Positions 1-11,064 of a DNA stretch of 64,000 bases are shown one piece after another. This stretch comes from an uncultured Pseudomonadota bacterium (GTDB taxonomy: Bacteria; Oederibacteriota; Muellerivitia; Muellerivitales; Muellerivitaceae): positions 160,001 to 224,000 of the forward strand of contig CAWJKT010000001.1 of NCBI GenBank assembly GCA_963843375.1, in the 5' to 3' direction. Below the pieces are notes generated by a model, which was given only the letters and a program-made list of their open reading frames with translations, was not told the DNA's origin and did no database searches. How positions within the stretch are numbered: the stretch's first letter is position 1; every line of letters starts with the position of its first letter. The position numbers were made by a program, and so were the translations under genes.

Positions 1-619
1 CGAAATGGTAAAGGACATCCAGGGGCGCCATCTACCCGTGCTGGCCATTGACAACTATCCTTTTCTTAAGTCGATTGACACCATACAGATCGATAACAAG
101 CAAGGAGGGACGATGGCGGTGGAGCATTTGATCCGATTGGGGCACAAGAATATCGGTCTTTTAAGTATCGCCAAAGGCCGGCCCAGTATCGAAGAAAGAA
201 AAGAAGGTTGGATAAACGCGCATGCCAAACATGACTTGGCCCCCAATGAGGCTTTTGCCTTTGAGTGCGAGTCCCTGTCGTTCCAAAGCGGGTATGAAAA
301 GACAAAGGAAGTTTTAAAGAAGAATAAAAAGATAACGGCCCTTTTTTGCGTCAATGATGAAATGGCGGCGGGGGCTTTACGGGCCGCCCATGAAATGGGC
401 AGGTTGATACCAGCCGATTTAAGTATTGTGGGTTTTGATAACATAACAATGAGCAATTATACGGATCCTCCTTTAACCACCGTGAGCCCGGCGAAGGAAT
501 ATATGGGAAAATTAGCTGTTTCCAGGGTGCTGGAAATGATCGAAAATAAAGAAACCCCGCCAAAACGGCAGGTAATTCCGGTAGAGCTCATCATTCGGAA
601 TTCCACCTCCAAACCTTGA
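1..619 (+). CDS. LacI-family transcriptional regulator, C-terminal sugar-binding domain (5' end outside window)
   Basis: Motifs IDNKQGG..AVEHLI..GH..IG, TALFCVNDEMAAGAL, P.DLSIVGFDN, PPLTTV, VELIIRNST; ORF open from window edge. Confidence 0.9.
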   Translation, partial: EMVKDIQGRHLPVLAIDNYPFLKSIDTIQIDNKQGGTMAVEHLIRLGHKNIGLLSIAKGRPSIEERKEGWINAHAKHDLAPNEAFAFECESLSFQSGYEKTKEVLKKNKKITALFCVNDEMAAGALRAAHEMGRLIPADLSIVGFDNITMSNYTDPPLTTVSPAKEYMGKLAVSRVLEMIENKETPPKRQVIPVELIIRNSTSKP

Positions 620-802
620 GTTTGCCCCAAAACAGGCCAAATGGACGCGGATAGGATGGATTTTCTGAATTTCCAGTGTCCCTCATTTTTAGTTAGAAAA
701 CCTTTTCATCAATTATTGACGAAGCTCATAGTCACGGCTTGCCATTTCCTGTTAAAAAATGGAAGATAAAGCCCCTATATAACATTCGTTTTGGGAGGAC
801 CC

Positions 803-1553
803 ATGCCCGCCAAAAAAAAGACGAAAACAGAAACAACCTCTTCCAAACCCCCAAACCTAAAATATCCGAAACGGCTAAAGTTTCCCGAAAAGCTCCCGGG
901 CGGCCTAAGAAAATAGTGGCTCCCAAGTCTCCCCAAATAAGACCTCCAAGAATGTCGCTGAATCGTATCACGGCCCGACAAGTTGTCCGAAACTTCGGGC
1001 GAATCAATTCAAAAAAAATCCTTGCGGAAGGGAGAAACCCAGATGGTTGCCTTCATCCGGGATCCTCAGTGTATTTTTACTTACTGGGAAGTCACGCCCG
1101 AAAGCATCGAAGCCGTGAAACAACAATTGACGGATGAATATAAAGACAGCTCGATGGTCTTGCGTATTTTTAAAACGGGGCCCAAAGGCGAAACCGAATT
1201 GATCCAGGAAATCAGGGTGGAACCCGGTGAAATGAACCGCTATGTTGAATTAAAGGATCACGAAGTGGAAATTATTTCGTCGAGATCGCCCAAAAAGCCC
1301 TTTCCGGCCGTGTCGTCGTTTACGCCCGTTCCAATCAAATCATGACCGGAATTTCTTCGGAAGCTTCCGCTGATTCTCCGGCTTTATCCGATAACAAATG
1401 GGAAATCGCCGGAATTTTTTTTGGAATATTTCGCGGATGCGGATGAAAAGGAAGTTGCCGCTAACCATCCCCGGGATATCTTCCGCCGAAGCATATCGGA
1501 AGGAACTCCAAAGGAAAAAACTCGACCGATATTCCGCATCGAGAATCGGCTAA
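803..1553 (+). pseudogene. DUF4912-domain protein, broken by several frameshifts (artefact or decay)
   Basis: GGGAGG RBS before ATG 803; Lys-rich N-terminus; RDPQCIFTYWEV in ORF 983..1345; continuation GNYFVEIAQ...ARSNQIMT in another frame; last fragment ends TAA 1551-1553; typical position upstream of GH57. Confidence 0.7.
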
Positions 1554-1571
1554 AATTTCGGTTTTAAATGA

Positions 1572-3222
1572 TTGATGGAAAAGGATCGGTTTGTCCAACT
1601 CTTCCGCCGAAATTTCGCCGACCACAGGCATCCACTTGGATTCCTTTCTTTGGTGCTCCATTGCCATCTCCCTTATGTGCGCCATCCCGAATATGATTAT
1701 TTTTTAGAAGAAAATTGGTATTACGAGGCGCTTTTTGAAACATACCTTCCATTACTTTGTGTTTTTGAGGAACTGCTCCAGAAGAACATTCCTTTTCGAA
1801 TAACCCTTTCCATCTCCCCTACGCTTCTCTCCATGTGCTTAGATCCACTTTTACAAAAAAGGGCTGTTCGCTATGTTGACCAGTTGATCGACCTGGCCGA
1901 GAAAGAGAACACGCGAATTCAAAACTTTCCGGAGTTTAAGCCGGTTATTCAAATGTATCTTGAAAAACTGGTGAGGTATCGCCGGGTCTTCATTGAAAAG
2001 TATGAATGTAATATCGCGATCGGGTTCAAAAAATTTCAGAATTTTGGAAAAGTGGAGCTTATTACCTGCGCCGCCACCCATGGTTATCTTCCGCTCTTGG
2101 GAGTCCGTGAAACGGCCGTCCGGGCCCAAATCCAGACGGCGCTTCAACTTCATGAGGATTTTTTCGGCAGTAAACCTGCGAGGCTTTTGGCTGCCCGAGT
2201 GCGGTTATCAACCGGGCCAAGACCAAATCTTAAAAGACTATGGGCTGAAATATTTTTTTGTCGAGTCCCATGGGTTGCTCCAGGCGAATCCAAGACCCCA
2301 ATATGGGACTTTTGCCCCCATCCAATGTCCCTCGGGATTAACTGTTTTTGGAAGGGATAAGGAAAGTTCCAAACAAGTTTGGAGTTCCAAGGAAGGCTAT
2401 CCCGGAGATCCGGATTACCGGGAATTTTATCGGGACGCGGGATTCGATTTGGATGAAAAAGATTTGCATCCCTATCTTCAACCGGAAGGCATCCGGAGGT
2501 TTACCGGGCTTAAATATTATCGCGTAACAGGTCCCGGGGAACAAAAAGAACCTTACCAACCGGAGCGGGCAAGATGGAAAGCCCGACAGCACGCTCAAGA
2601 CTTCCTTGCTAATCGCCAAAGGCAAGCAGGGGAAGTAGGGCCCTCGATGAACCGCCCCCCGTTGGTGACCTGTATCTATGATGCTGAATTATTCGGCCAT
2701 TGGTGGTATGAAGGCCCGGATTTCATTTATTTTCTTTTTGAACTGAATCACCAGATAAACAGTCCCCTTTCTTTTATAACACCCTCCGATTATTTAAAGG
2801 GATTTCCCGAAATCCAACCCACCCAGCCGGTTTTTTCCTCCTGGGGATTGGGGGGATATTCGGAAGTGTGGCTGAATGAAACCAATGATTGGATTTATCC
2901 CTTATTGAGCGCGGCTTGCGATGAAATAACGGCTCTTGCTGGAATAAAAGAAAGGATGATGGAGTTAAACCAGCGTGCCCTGAACCAGGCAGCCCGTGAA
3001 TTGCTCCTGGCCCAGGCCAGCGATTGGGCTTTTATGCTTTATACCGGAAATCACCGTCTGTACGCGGAACGCCGAATCAAAAACCATCTAAGCCGATTCA
3101 ACCAATTATTGGATCAAGTCCGTGAAAACAAAGTCGATGAACGGTTTCTTTCTGATTTGGAAGAAAGGGTCAACCTCTTTCCCGAAATAGACTACCGTGT
3201 TTATCAAAGCCCATCGAAATAA
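1572..3222 (+). CDS. GH57 1,4-alpha-glucan branching enzyme (DUF1957), one frameshift near 2178
   Basis: LVLHCHLPYVRHPE, ATHGYLPL, GFWLPECGY, YDAELFGHWWYEG, ARELLLAQASDW; ORFs 1572..2360 and 1993..3222 join if one G at about 2178 is removed. Confidence 0.9.
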
Positions 3223-3312
3223 GGGAAAATCGTCTTTCTCCCGCCTTTTATCTTTTTGCCTAATCCTAAAACCACGGCTACAATAACGCCACTTTCCATC
3301 GGGAGATGCGCC

Positions 3313-4263
3313 TTGAAAACCGTGATCGGTGTGGATTTGGGCGGGACCAATATTGTTTCGGCTGTAGTGGATGAAAAAGGAAAAATCCTAGGCAAAGATA
3401 ATCGCAAGACCATGTCCTCCTTGGGTGCGACGGGTGTCATGAACCGGATTGTCGAAAGCGCGCGCGCAGCGTCTGCCAGCAGCGGACAACCTTGGGCCTC
3501 CCATTTAGCGGTGGGCATTGGTTCCCCCGGACCCCTTGATCCTAAAAAAGGGGTCATTCTTTATACTCCCAATCTCAATTGGAAAAACGTTCACATCGTG
3601 GATTTCCTCAAAAAAAAGCTTCATAAAAGGGTGGTGCTCGAAAATGACGCCAACCTGGCCGCCTTGGGTGAAAGTTGGGTAGGGGCGGGCAAAGGCGAAA
3701 GGGTGGTTTTGTGCGTTACCCTTGGGACGGGAGTAGGCGGAGGTCTTATCTTGGACGGGAAGATTTATGAAGGCGCGACGGGAGTCAGCAACCATATCGG
3801 CCACATGGTCGTCATTCCCGATGGACCCCCAACGCCCTATGGCAACAGCGGCATCCTGGAACAGTATGTTTCCGCAACAGGTATAATCCGTTTGGCCACT
3901 GAGGCGGGGCTCAAACTTCCACCGGGCCAGCCAATGGAGGCCTATTCCTTCCAAAAAATGGCGGAAGCCGGAAATAAAAAAGCTTTGAAAGTCTATGACA
4001 AGGCGGGTCGCATTTTAGGAGTTGGCCTTACCTCGGCGATCCATCTCTTGAATCCCGGAATGATAATTTTTAGCGGTGGTGTGGCTGGAGCGGGAGATCT
4101 TTTGATGAAGCCCATGATGAAAGAGCTTCGAAAGCGTTGTTTTAAATCCCACTTAAGTGGCTTAAAATTCCGAACGGCGAAACTGGGTGACAATATGGGA
4201 GCTGTCGGCGCGGCCCGACTTGCTTGGCAATCCTTTCTAACGCCCAAAAACCCCCGGAATTAA
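3313..4263 (+). CDS. ROK-family sugar kinase (glucokinase-like)
   Basis: IGVDLGGT, GIGSPGP, LENDANLAALGE, TLGTGVGGG; GGGAG RBS before TTG 3313. Confidence 0.9.
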   Translation: MKTVIGVDLGGTNIVSAVVDEKGKILGKDNRKTMSSLGATGVMNRIVESARAASASSGQPWASHLAVGIGSPGPLDPKKGVILYTPNLNWKNVHIVDFLKKKLHKRVVLENDANLAALGESWVGAGKGERVVLCVTLGTGVGGGLILDGKIYEGATGVSNHIGHMVVIPDGPPTPYGNSGILEQYVSATGIIRLATEAGLKLPPGQPMEAYSFQKMAEAGNKKALKVYDKAGRILGVGLTSAIHLLNPGMIIFSGGVAGAGDLLMKPMMKELRKRCFKSHLSGLKFRTAKLGDNMGAVGAARLAWQSFLTPKNPRN

Positions 4264-4296
4264 GCCGCTTTTGCCCTAACATTCCAATAAAAAAAG

Positions 4297-4325
4297 TTGC
4301 ACTTCGAGATACATGTGCTTAGAAT
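4297..4325 (+). promoter_or_regulatory. sigma70-type promoter for the small Ala/Lys protein gene
   Basis: TTGCAC-17 bp-TAGAAT with A-rich tract upstream. Confidence 0.55.
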
Positions 4326-4414
4326 ACCCGCTTTCAACGACCTTCTGCTTCGGCGTTGGGCGTTGGATTGTGAAATAGTGGTCGACCACTGTTTTAATTT
4401 CAAGGAGGCTTCTA

Positions 4415-4639
4415 ATGAAGCGTTTTTTTGCTGCGTTGATGACCGTGTTGTTCCTCGGAGCAACCGGTGTTGTTTTGGCTGATGAAGCTGCCGCTCCAGC
4501 TGCTGCCGCTCCGGCTGCTGATAGCACTGCCGCGCCAAAGGCGATGAAGAAGAAGAAGAAGGCCAAAAAGAAGAAGAAGGCCGCTGCCGCTGCTGCTCCT
4601 GCGGCCGATGCTTCGACTGCTGCTCCGGCCGCCAAGTAA
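4415..4639 (+). CDS. 74-aa secreted Ala/Lys-rich low-complexity protein
   Basis: AAGGAGG RBS; Sec signal peptide ending VLA-D; poly-Lys core flanked by AAPAA repeats; own promoter and terminator. Confidence 0.8.
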   Translation: MKRFFAALMTVLFLGATGVVLADEAAAPAAAAPAADSTAAPKAMKKKKKAKKKKKAAAAAAPAADASTAAPAAK

Positions 4640-4692
4640 TTACGGCGCCAAGTCTGTTCAGGTTTCAGGCCTTATAGCCTGGAACTTTCATG

Positions 4693-4727
4693 ATCGGATG
4701 GATCGAAAGATCCATCCGATTTTTTTT
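4693..4727 (+). terminator. Rho-independent terminator
   Basis: Perfect 12-bp stem ATCGGATGGATC-GAAA-GATCCATCCGAT followed by T run. Confidence 0.9.
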
Positions 4728-4735
4728 GCCCTAAA

Positions 4736-6424
4736 TTATTTTAAAAATTCGTCCGTGACGGCGCCTTGACTGGCCGATGAGACCAAATGAGTATATTTGC
4801 CCAAAACCCCTTTTGGATAGGGATTGGCAATCGGTTTCCACTTGGCTTTTCGTTTTTTCAGTTCCGCCGGGGTCACTTGTAATTCCAGCTTTTTTTTCTT
4901 TGCGTCGATAGTGATCATGTCGCCATCCTTTATCAATCCAATGGGACCGCCCACCTGGGCCTCGGGGGCGATGTGACCCACGACCAAACCATGGGTTCCC
5001 CCGCTGAACCGCCCGTCCGTGATCAAGCCGATTTTTTCACCCAGCCCTTGGCCTACCAGGGCCGCCGTAATGGCCAGCATTTCCCGCATTCCAGGGCCGC
5101 CTTTGGGACCCTCATAGCGAATGACAACCACATCGCCAGCCTTAATTTTCTTTTTCTGAATGGCCTCGAAAGCAGCTTCCTCTCCATTGAAAACCTTGGC
5201 TGGTCCCGTATGGGTGATGACTTTCAGTCCGGAGATCTTAGCCACCGCCCCCTCGGGGGCCAAGTTGCCCTTCAATATCACCATCGGGGCCGTGGGGAAC
5301 AGGGGATTATCGATGTGGCGGATGATGGGTTGGTTCTTGGAAAGAGGGGCGGCTTCTTTGAGGTTTTCCTTCACCGTTTTTCCGGTGACGGTCAGGCAAT
5401 CGCCATGGATCAATTTGGCTTCTAAAAGCATCTTCATGACGGCCGGGATACCGCCAATACGGTCCAAGTCAGCCGCGACGTATTTACCGCTGGGTTTCAA
5501 ATCCGCCAAATGGGGAACCTTCCCGCCCAGGCGATCGAAGTCCTCAATGGTCAGTTTTACCCCGACGGATTTTGCCATGGCAATCAGGTGCAGAACGACA
5601 TTAGTTGAACCACCCAGGGCAAAGGCCACCGTGATCGCGTTTTCAAAAGCCTTTTTGGTCATGATGTCCTTGGGACGAATCCCCTGCTTGATCATTTCCA
5701 CGACGGAGGCGCCAGCCTTGTCACACAAAATTCTTTTGGGCTCGCCCACGGCGGGTTGACAGGAATCGTGGGGAAGGGACATGCCCATCGCCTCAATCGC
5801 GGAGGCCATCGTGTTAGCCGTGTACATGCCGCCGCAAGAACCGGCGGTCGGACAGGCATTGCACTCGATGGCTTTAAGCTGTTCCTTGTCTATTTTTCCC
5901 GAACTGAATTGGCCCACCGCCTCGAAAATAGAAACGATGTCAATGTCCTTCCCGTTGTACTTGCCCGGCAGGATGGTTCCGCCATAAATAAAGATAGCGG
6001 GGACATTCAGGCGCCCGATACCCATGAGAGCCCCCGGCATATTCTTATCGCAACCACCGATGGCCACTAAGCCGTCGAACCGCTGGGCGTTGGAAACCAC
6101 CTCTATAGAATCGGCGATCACCTCACGGGAAACCAGGGAGAATTTCATTCCCTCGTGGCCCATGGAAATACCATCCGAGACCGTAATGGTTCCGAAGGTT
6201 TGGCCCATGCCCTGGGCCTGTTGGATCCCTTGTTTGACCCTCTCGGCCAGCTCGTTCAAGTGCATGTTGCAGGGGGTGATTTCACTCCAGGGAGAGGCGA
6301 TACCGATGATAGGTTTTTGGAAGTCGGCGTCCTTAAAGCCCACAGCCCTGAGCATGGCCCGGTTGGGAGCCCGCTTATCCCCTTCCGTCATCATGGAAGA
6401 CCTTTGATTGAGCTTTTTTGTCAT
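4736..6424 (-). CDS. ilvD: Dihydroxy-acid dehydratase
   Basis: [51 protein letters not shown]. Confidence 0.97.
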   Translation of the reverse strand: MTKKLNQRSSMMTEGDKRAPNRAMLRAVGFKDADFQKPIIGIASPWSEITPCNMHLNELAERVKQGIQQAQGMGQTFGTITVSDGISMGHEGMKFSLVSREVIADSIEVVSNAQRFDGLVAIGGCDKNMPGALMGIGRLNVPAIFIYGGTILPGKYNGKDIDIVSIFEAVGQFSSGKIDKEQLKAIECNACPTAGSCGGMYTANTMASAIEAMGMSLPHDSCQPAVGEPKRILCDKAGASVVEMIKQGIRPKDIMTKKAFENAITVAFALGGSTNVVLHLIAMAKSVGVKLTIEDFDRLGGKVPHLADLKPSGKYVAADLDRIGGIPAVMKMLLEAKLIHGDCLTVTGKTVKENLKEAAPLSKNQPIIRHIDNPLFPTAPMVILKGNLAPEGAVAKISGLKVITHTGPAKVFNGEEAAFEAIQKKKIKAGDVVVIRYEGPKGGPGMREMLAITAALVGQGLGEKIGLITDGRFSGGTHGLVVGHIAPEAQVGGPIGLIKDGDMITIDAKKKKLELQVTPAELKKRKAKWKPIANPYPKGVLGKYTHLVSSASQGAVTDEFLK

Positions 6425-6475
6425 TGGAATTGCCTTTCGCGTTTGGAATGGTTGAACATGCCGGATAAAGACTTT

Positions 6476-6916
6476 TTACAGGATCGACAAAACTTCCTTG
6501 CTATGGCCTTCGGGATTCACCTGGGCGAAGTACTTTTTGATCTTGCCTTCCTTATCGATAACCGCGGTAACCCTGCGACTGGTTCCCTTTTCAGGATTGA
6601 AGCCATCGTAAGCCTTGGATACGGAACCATCTGGATCGGAAAGCAGAGGAAAATTCAAACTGAATTTCTTGGTGAACTCGTTGTGACTTTGCAAGTTATC
6701 GGTGGAAACTCCGAATACCACCGCGTCCTTTGACAATAACTGGGAGATGTCATCCCGGAAACTGCAGGCTTCCTTAGTGCAGCCCGGAGTGTCGTCTTTG
6801 GGATAAAAATAAACAATGACGTTTTTCTTTCCCTTGAAGCGGGACAATTGGATGGTGCTTCCGTCCGTGGACTTAAGGCTGAAATCGGGAGCGGGACTAC
6901 CTTCTTGAAGCGGCAT
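6476..6916 (-). CDS. bcp: Peroxiredoxin, BCP/PrxQ type
   Basis: YFYPKDDTPGCTKEACSFRD motif. Confidence 0.9.
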   Translation of the reverse strand: MPLQEGSPAPDFSLKSTDGSTIQLSRFKGKKNVIVYFYPKDDTPGCTKEACSFRDDISQLLSKDAVVFGVSTDNLQSHNEFTKKFSLNFPLLSDPDGSVSKAYDGFNPEKGTSRRVTAVIDKEGKIKKYFAQVNPEGHSKEVLSIL

Positions 6917-6970
6917 TGGACCCTCCTTCGTTGAAATGAAGGGGCATTTTAGTGCGAGCGGGTCGGGGAC

Positions 6971-9262
6971 TCAAGCGAGGATGCGGTTTATCAGGAAGAA
7001 GGAAAAGACCCCGAAAAAGGTGAAAAACAGGAAAAAGCCGAGGCGCAGGCCGATGGGATTGAAATTCAATTCCACTTGGTTTTTTCCTTTCTCAAGGGGT
7101 ATGCCCATCAGGACTTCATTACAAAGAAAAGGCTTTTCCTCGTGCCCGTTCACTAGGCCTTTCCAACCAGATAGATAAGTTTTTTGCAAAGACAGAAGGA
7201 CGGGTTGGCTCGAAAAAACACTGATGGAAAGGTTCGTTTCTCCCCATTTATTAATTTGAGGATGGGGGAGCATTTTGCAGGGAAGCGTTTTTAAATTAAA
7301 AAGGGGGCCGGGGTTGGAAGGAAGAACGTCCAAATAAGCTTGCGGATAAGCCCCTGGAAGAAAGTAGACATAAGGATAATGATTTTGGAGGGTCGTAAAG
7401 GTCGCGGAAAGAGCCAATGGCATATCGGAAACGATTTGGTCTACACCCATCATTCGTAGAAGGTCAAGATTTTTGGAAAAACCAAGAGGATCGCGTTCTT
7501 TATATACCCAAGAAAACCATCCCAGTTTGGTCCAGATATCGGCATAGTGACTTGGGGTTGGGTTGGCGTCGAAAACCAGATTGGGCCGGTTGAACATCAA
7601 GTTCATGTTGGGGTATGCCATTTCCCCATATTGGTTTGGCAAGGGGGAGGGGTTGTTATAGAGAAGTGTCAGGGTCCTGCTTTCGGGGGCGGGAACCTTA
7701 GGGGTGGTTATGTCCGATGGTTTATAAAAAGAATTTCCCAAAGGCATTCGGAATGAGTAAAGGTCGGTTAAAACCAAAAAGAGAAGAAAAACTTTGAGGT
7801 AGGACGAGTTCCACCGAGCCCGTCCCCAAACCACCGCAAGCAAGCAACCCGAAAAGAGAATGGGGAGTAAAACCCGGAAATGGAGGAGATTTAAATTAAG
7901 GGCAAGGGCTTCTAATTTTTGAGGAACATGGCTCAGGTAAAAGGAGAAGGTCTGGAGGTGAGCCGGGTCTCCCAAAAGAAAATGGCGGATAAAGAAAGCG
8001 GCGGCGGATTCCAAAATAGGCCGTCCCAAAGCGTATAGGACAAGGCCAAACAAAGGAATCCCGATAACGACCCCGGCGATTCCAGCTGCGATTTTTTTAC
8101 CCCAAGCTTCTTTATTGTCTTCTTTGAACCAACTGTCCCATCCTATGGCCGCCCCTATTCCCAAGATCCAAGTAGCCAAAAACCAATAACGGGAGGGGTC
8201 GCGAAAGAAAGAAAAAACGGGAAAGGATTGGACGATGGAGTAGAAAAAAGAGAATCTTCCCATTGACATCACCAAAGAGAACAGAAAAGTAAGTGAAATC
8301 CATTTTCTTCGAGGGTCTTTAAGTGAGAAAAAGAAAATGATGAAAAATAAGCCGACGATGGAGAAAGCCACTTGCATTTCAACAAACTGGTACTGCCACC
8401 AATAGTCCATTCCAGCGCGGTCATATTGCGTTTTCCCGAAAAACCAAGGGAAGAAAAAAGTGAGAAAATTGAGAGGCGTCCAGGAGTGGTAAAAACGGTC
8501 GATGGTGCCCCATTGGGTTTGAAAGTCGCCTTTTAAGCATTCAGCCGTAAAAAGAATAAGTGGTGAGGCTACGAACATGGCTCCTATTCCCATCGTAGCC
8601 GTGGATCTCAAACGAGTTTGAAGCGTAAAAGAGTTGAAAAGAAAGGACCAAGAGAGGAAGAAAAGAACCTCCAGAAAGAAAACCTGGGGGTGGCCGGACA
8701 TCAGATTTAAACCCATCAAAAGGGAAGATAAAAGAAGCCAAAAGACACGACGGGTTTCCAGGTGAAGCAATAGGGTAAGGAATGCCCATGGAAAAAAGGC
8801 GTGAGCCCAGGCGACATTTAAATGGTCTAATTGGGCCATTTGGTGGCCGTTGAATCCCCAAATAAAGGCTAAAAGCAAGGAAGCGGACCGGGATAAGCTA
8901 AGTTGGCGACCTAAAAAATAAGTTCCGACCAAATAGATGACTTGAGGAGCTAAAAAAAGAAGATTGAATACAAAGACATAAGATGAAAAGAAGTGGAATA
9001 ACCAAAGAATGGGGGACAAAACCCCCGCCATCGAAAAAGCAGCGATCGGAGCTCCATGCATGGTGTTATCACAAATAAGCGGCAATTTATCTTGGATGAG
9101 ATGCTGGTGAACCCAATAGTAAACCGGTTCATATAAGACCGAAAGGTCCAGGGAAAGAAAGAATTGGGTGAAGGGATGGCGCCATTCCTTGAAGAATAAT
9201 AGGAAAGCGTAAGTTAAAAAGAGAAGGGCAGGGCCTTCTTGGCGCCAAAAAGATTTCGACAT
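6971..9262 (-). CDS. YfhO-family (GT-C type) polytopic membrane protein, divergent paralogue
   Basis: Many TM segments, GHPQ, FRDPSRY, C-terminal Y..GWK..VNG...G.N.V...F.P; ATG 9262 just after dapF stop (track start 9298). Confidence 0.75.
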   Translation of the reverse strand: MSKSFWRQEGPALLFLTYAFLLFFKEWRHPFTQFFLSLDLSVLYEPVYYWVHQHLIQDKLPLICDNTMHGAPIAAFSMAGVLSPILWLFHFFSSYVFVFNLLFLAPQVIYLVGTYFLGRQLSLSRSASLLLAFIWGFNGHQMAQLDHLNVAWAHAFFPWAFLTLLLHLETRRVFWLLLSSLLMGLNLMSGHPQVFFLEVLFFLSWSFLFNSFTLQTRLRSTATMGIGAMFVASPLILFTAECLKGDFQTQWGTIDRFYHSWTPLNFLTFFFPWFFGKTQYDRAGMDYWWQYQFVEMQVAFSIVGLFFIIFFFSLKDPRRKWISLTFLFSLVMSMGRFSFFYSIVQSFPVFSFFRDPSRYWFLATWILGIGAAIGWDSWFKEDNKEAWGKKIAAGIAGVVIGIPLFGLVLYALGRPILESAAAFFIRHFLLGDPAHLQTFSFYLSHVPQKLEALALNLNLLHFRVLLPILFSGCLLAVVWGRARWNSSYLKVFLLFLVLTDLYSFRMPLGNSFYKPSDITTPKVPAPESRTLTLLYNNPSPLPNQYGEMAYPNMNLMFNRPNLVFDANPTPSHYADIWTKLGWFSWVYKERDPLGFSKNLDLLRMMGVDQIVSDMPLALSATFTTLQNHYPYVYFLPGAYPQAYLDVLPSNPGPLFNLKTLPCKMLPHPQINKWGETNLSISVFSSQPVLLSLQKTYLSGWKGLVNGHEEKPFLCNEVLMGIPLEKGKNQVELNFNPIGLRLGFFLFFTFFGVFSFFLINRILA

Positions 9263-9269
9263 AGGGGAA

Positions 9270-10172
9270 TTAGACTTTTCGATGAGCGTTTTTTTCAAGG
9301 AATTGGAGCAATTCTCCGGTCACGTTTCCCAGGCAGATTTCCTCAACGGGTCCCCGCATGGTTAGCTCATAGGTTTCGCTGACTTTCAAAGCGAGATCGC
9401 CGCCGGGCATGTGGAGGGTCAATTCCCGGTCGGTTTTACCCGTTTTGACGCAAACCGCGGCAACCGCGCAAGAGGAAGAACCGGAAGCCAGGGTATAGCC
9501 CGCACCCCTTTCCCAGATGCGAATGCTGACCTCTTTACGGTTGTTGACCACGGCGAACTGGACGTTTGTGCGATTTGGGAAAAGAGGATGCTTTTCAAAT
9601 AACGGGCCATATTCATGCGCCAAAGATTCGGCTTCCTCGATATTATTGACAAAAACCACACAATGTGGATTTCCCATTGAAACGCAATTAATCCTGAAGC
9701 TATCCCCGGGTTTGATGGGTGGAATCAACTTATCAATGACTTCCGCTTCGCTGTTCGGAACATTAATGGGAATTTTTCCAGACTCAAAGATGGCCTTTCC
9801 CATATCCACCGTCACAGCCGCGGCTTTGCCCACCACTAAGTGTAATTGGGCCTGAACTTTGCCCCCCGCTGTTTCAATTTCAAAAAAAGTTTTTTCGGTA
9901 TAGCCATGTTCAAATAGGAATTTACAGAATATCCTCAGGCCGTTACCGCTTTTTTCTGCTTCGCTTCCATCCGGGTTATAAATTCTCACGCGGGCCAGGG
10001 AAGAATCGGATTTCTCCACAGCTAAAATGCCGTCCGAACCGACGCCGGTATTGCGATTACAGACGCGGATGATGTTCTGGGAGGTTAATTCAAAAGAAAG
10101 GGAGGCGGGGTCCATTACGAGATAATCATTTCCCAAACCATGGGAACGGACGAACTGGTTCTTCGAGAGCAT
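9270..10172 (-). CDS. dapF: Diaminopimelate epimerase family, both catalytic Cys replaced by Ser
   Basis: HGLGNDY, GVGSDG, NPDGSEAEKSGNG, SMGNPH, FPNRTNVQF, WERGAGYTLASGS. Confidence 0.85.
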   Translation of the reverse strand: MLSKNQFVRSHGLGNDYLVMDPASLSFELTSQNIIRVCNRNTGVGSDGILAVEKSDSSLARVRIYNPDGSEAEKSGNGLRIFCKFLFEHGYTEKTFFEIETAGGKVQAQLHLVVGKAAAVTVDMGKAIFESGKIPINVPNSEAEVIDKLIPPIKPGDSFRINCVSMGNPHCVVFVNNIEEAESLAHEYGPLFEKHPLFPNRTNVQFAVVNNRKEVSIRIWERGAGYTLASGSSSCAVAAVCVKTGKTDRELTLHMPGGDLALKVSETYELTMRGPVEEICLGNVTGELLQFLEKNAHRKV

Positions 10173-11064
10173 GGAAAATCCTTGGATATTTTTTGAAACA
10201 AAACAAATTGGTGTAATCTTCGCTGCCGCCCCAAGGACGTTTCAATAATTGGGCCGGTTGAATCGGCTGGACCGACTTTTTCCTCTCGGATATCTCCGAA
10301 AAATTAAATCCTAGCGATTTTATGTTTTTCAAAAAGTCCTGGGGACGGCTTCCGGCAAGTTTAAGGGAAGCGGGCGAGAACTCAGTGACGAGTCTCACTT
10401 CCTTGTTCTTCCGGACAAGACCCTTCATTCCCTCAAGGGCCAGAGCTTCCGCACCCTGGATGTCCATTTTAATGAAATGGATTTTCTTGTCCAAGGGTTT
10501 AAAAAAAACATCCAGCGTAATGGCCTCGATTTCCAGGGATAAGCGACCATCCTTCGAGTCGTAAACACGGTGGTCCCCCCGGTTGGAAGGATTCAAGTAG
10601 AGGCGGATTTTTCCGTTTTTGTTGGAGAGGGCCTTATTTACCAAAATGACGTTGTCGTAGCCGTTGGCTTCCACGTTTCTTTGGAGCAGGCGGAAATTGT
10701 CGGGGTCAGGTTCAAACGCGTAAATCTTGCCCTGGGGTCCCACCAGCCGCGCGGCAAGCAGGGTGTAATAGCCGATATTGGCACCGATATCTAAAACCGT
10801 GTTTCCCGGTTTGATCTCGCTCTTGAAAATATCCGTTTCAACCGGCTCGTAGACCTCATGGGTGGCTAATTCAAGGGTATCCTTGTCATCCAGCCACATC
10901 CGATGGCCTTGGACCATGACCGAACGAGGTTTTAAAAGCCCGAAAAGGAAGAGGTAGAACCATTTGAGGGGCTTAATACGGCCTAATCCCTTGCCTCCAA
11001 TGCCGTGGTAGATTTTTTGGAGCAATGAGAATAGGGGATTACGCAAGATGAGTTCCTTTGCCAA
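10126..11064 (-). CDS. FkbM-family SAM-dependent methyltransferase
   Basis: VLDIGANIGYY, YAFEP, FIKMDIQGAE. Confidence 0.9.
   Translation of the reverse strand: MAKELILRNPLFSLLQKIYHGIGGKGLGRIKPLKWFYLFLFGLLKPRSVMVQGHRMWLDDKDTLELATHEVYEPVETDIFKSEIKPGNTVLDIGANIGYYTLLAARLVGPQGKIYAFEPDPDNFRLLQRNVEANGYDNVILVNKALSNKNGKIRLYLNPSNRGDHRVYDSKDGRLSLEIEAITLDVFFKPLDKKIHFIKMDIQGAEALALEGMKGLVRKNKEVRLVTEFSPASLKLAGSRPQDFLKNIKSLGFNFSEISERKKSVQPIQPAQLLKRPWGGSEDYTNLFCFKKYPRIFHALEEPVRPFPWFGK

Noticed and set aside
2170..2185. Programmed frameshift in GH57
   Set aside because: No slippery sequence or stimulatory structure seen; many similar indels across the window point to error
4276..4635. 119-aa poly-Phe/Ala minus-strand ORF
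   Set aside because: Shadow of the plus-strand Ala/Lys gene, which has the RBS, signal peptide, promoter and terminator
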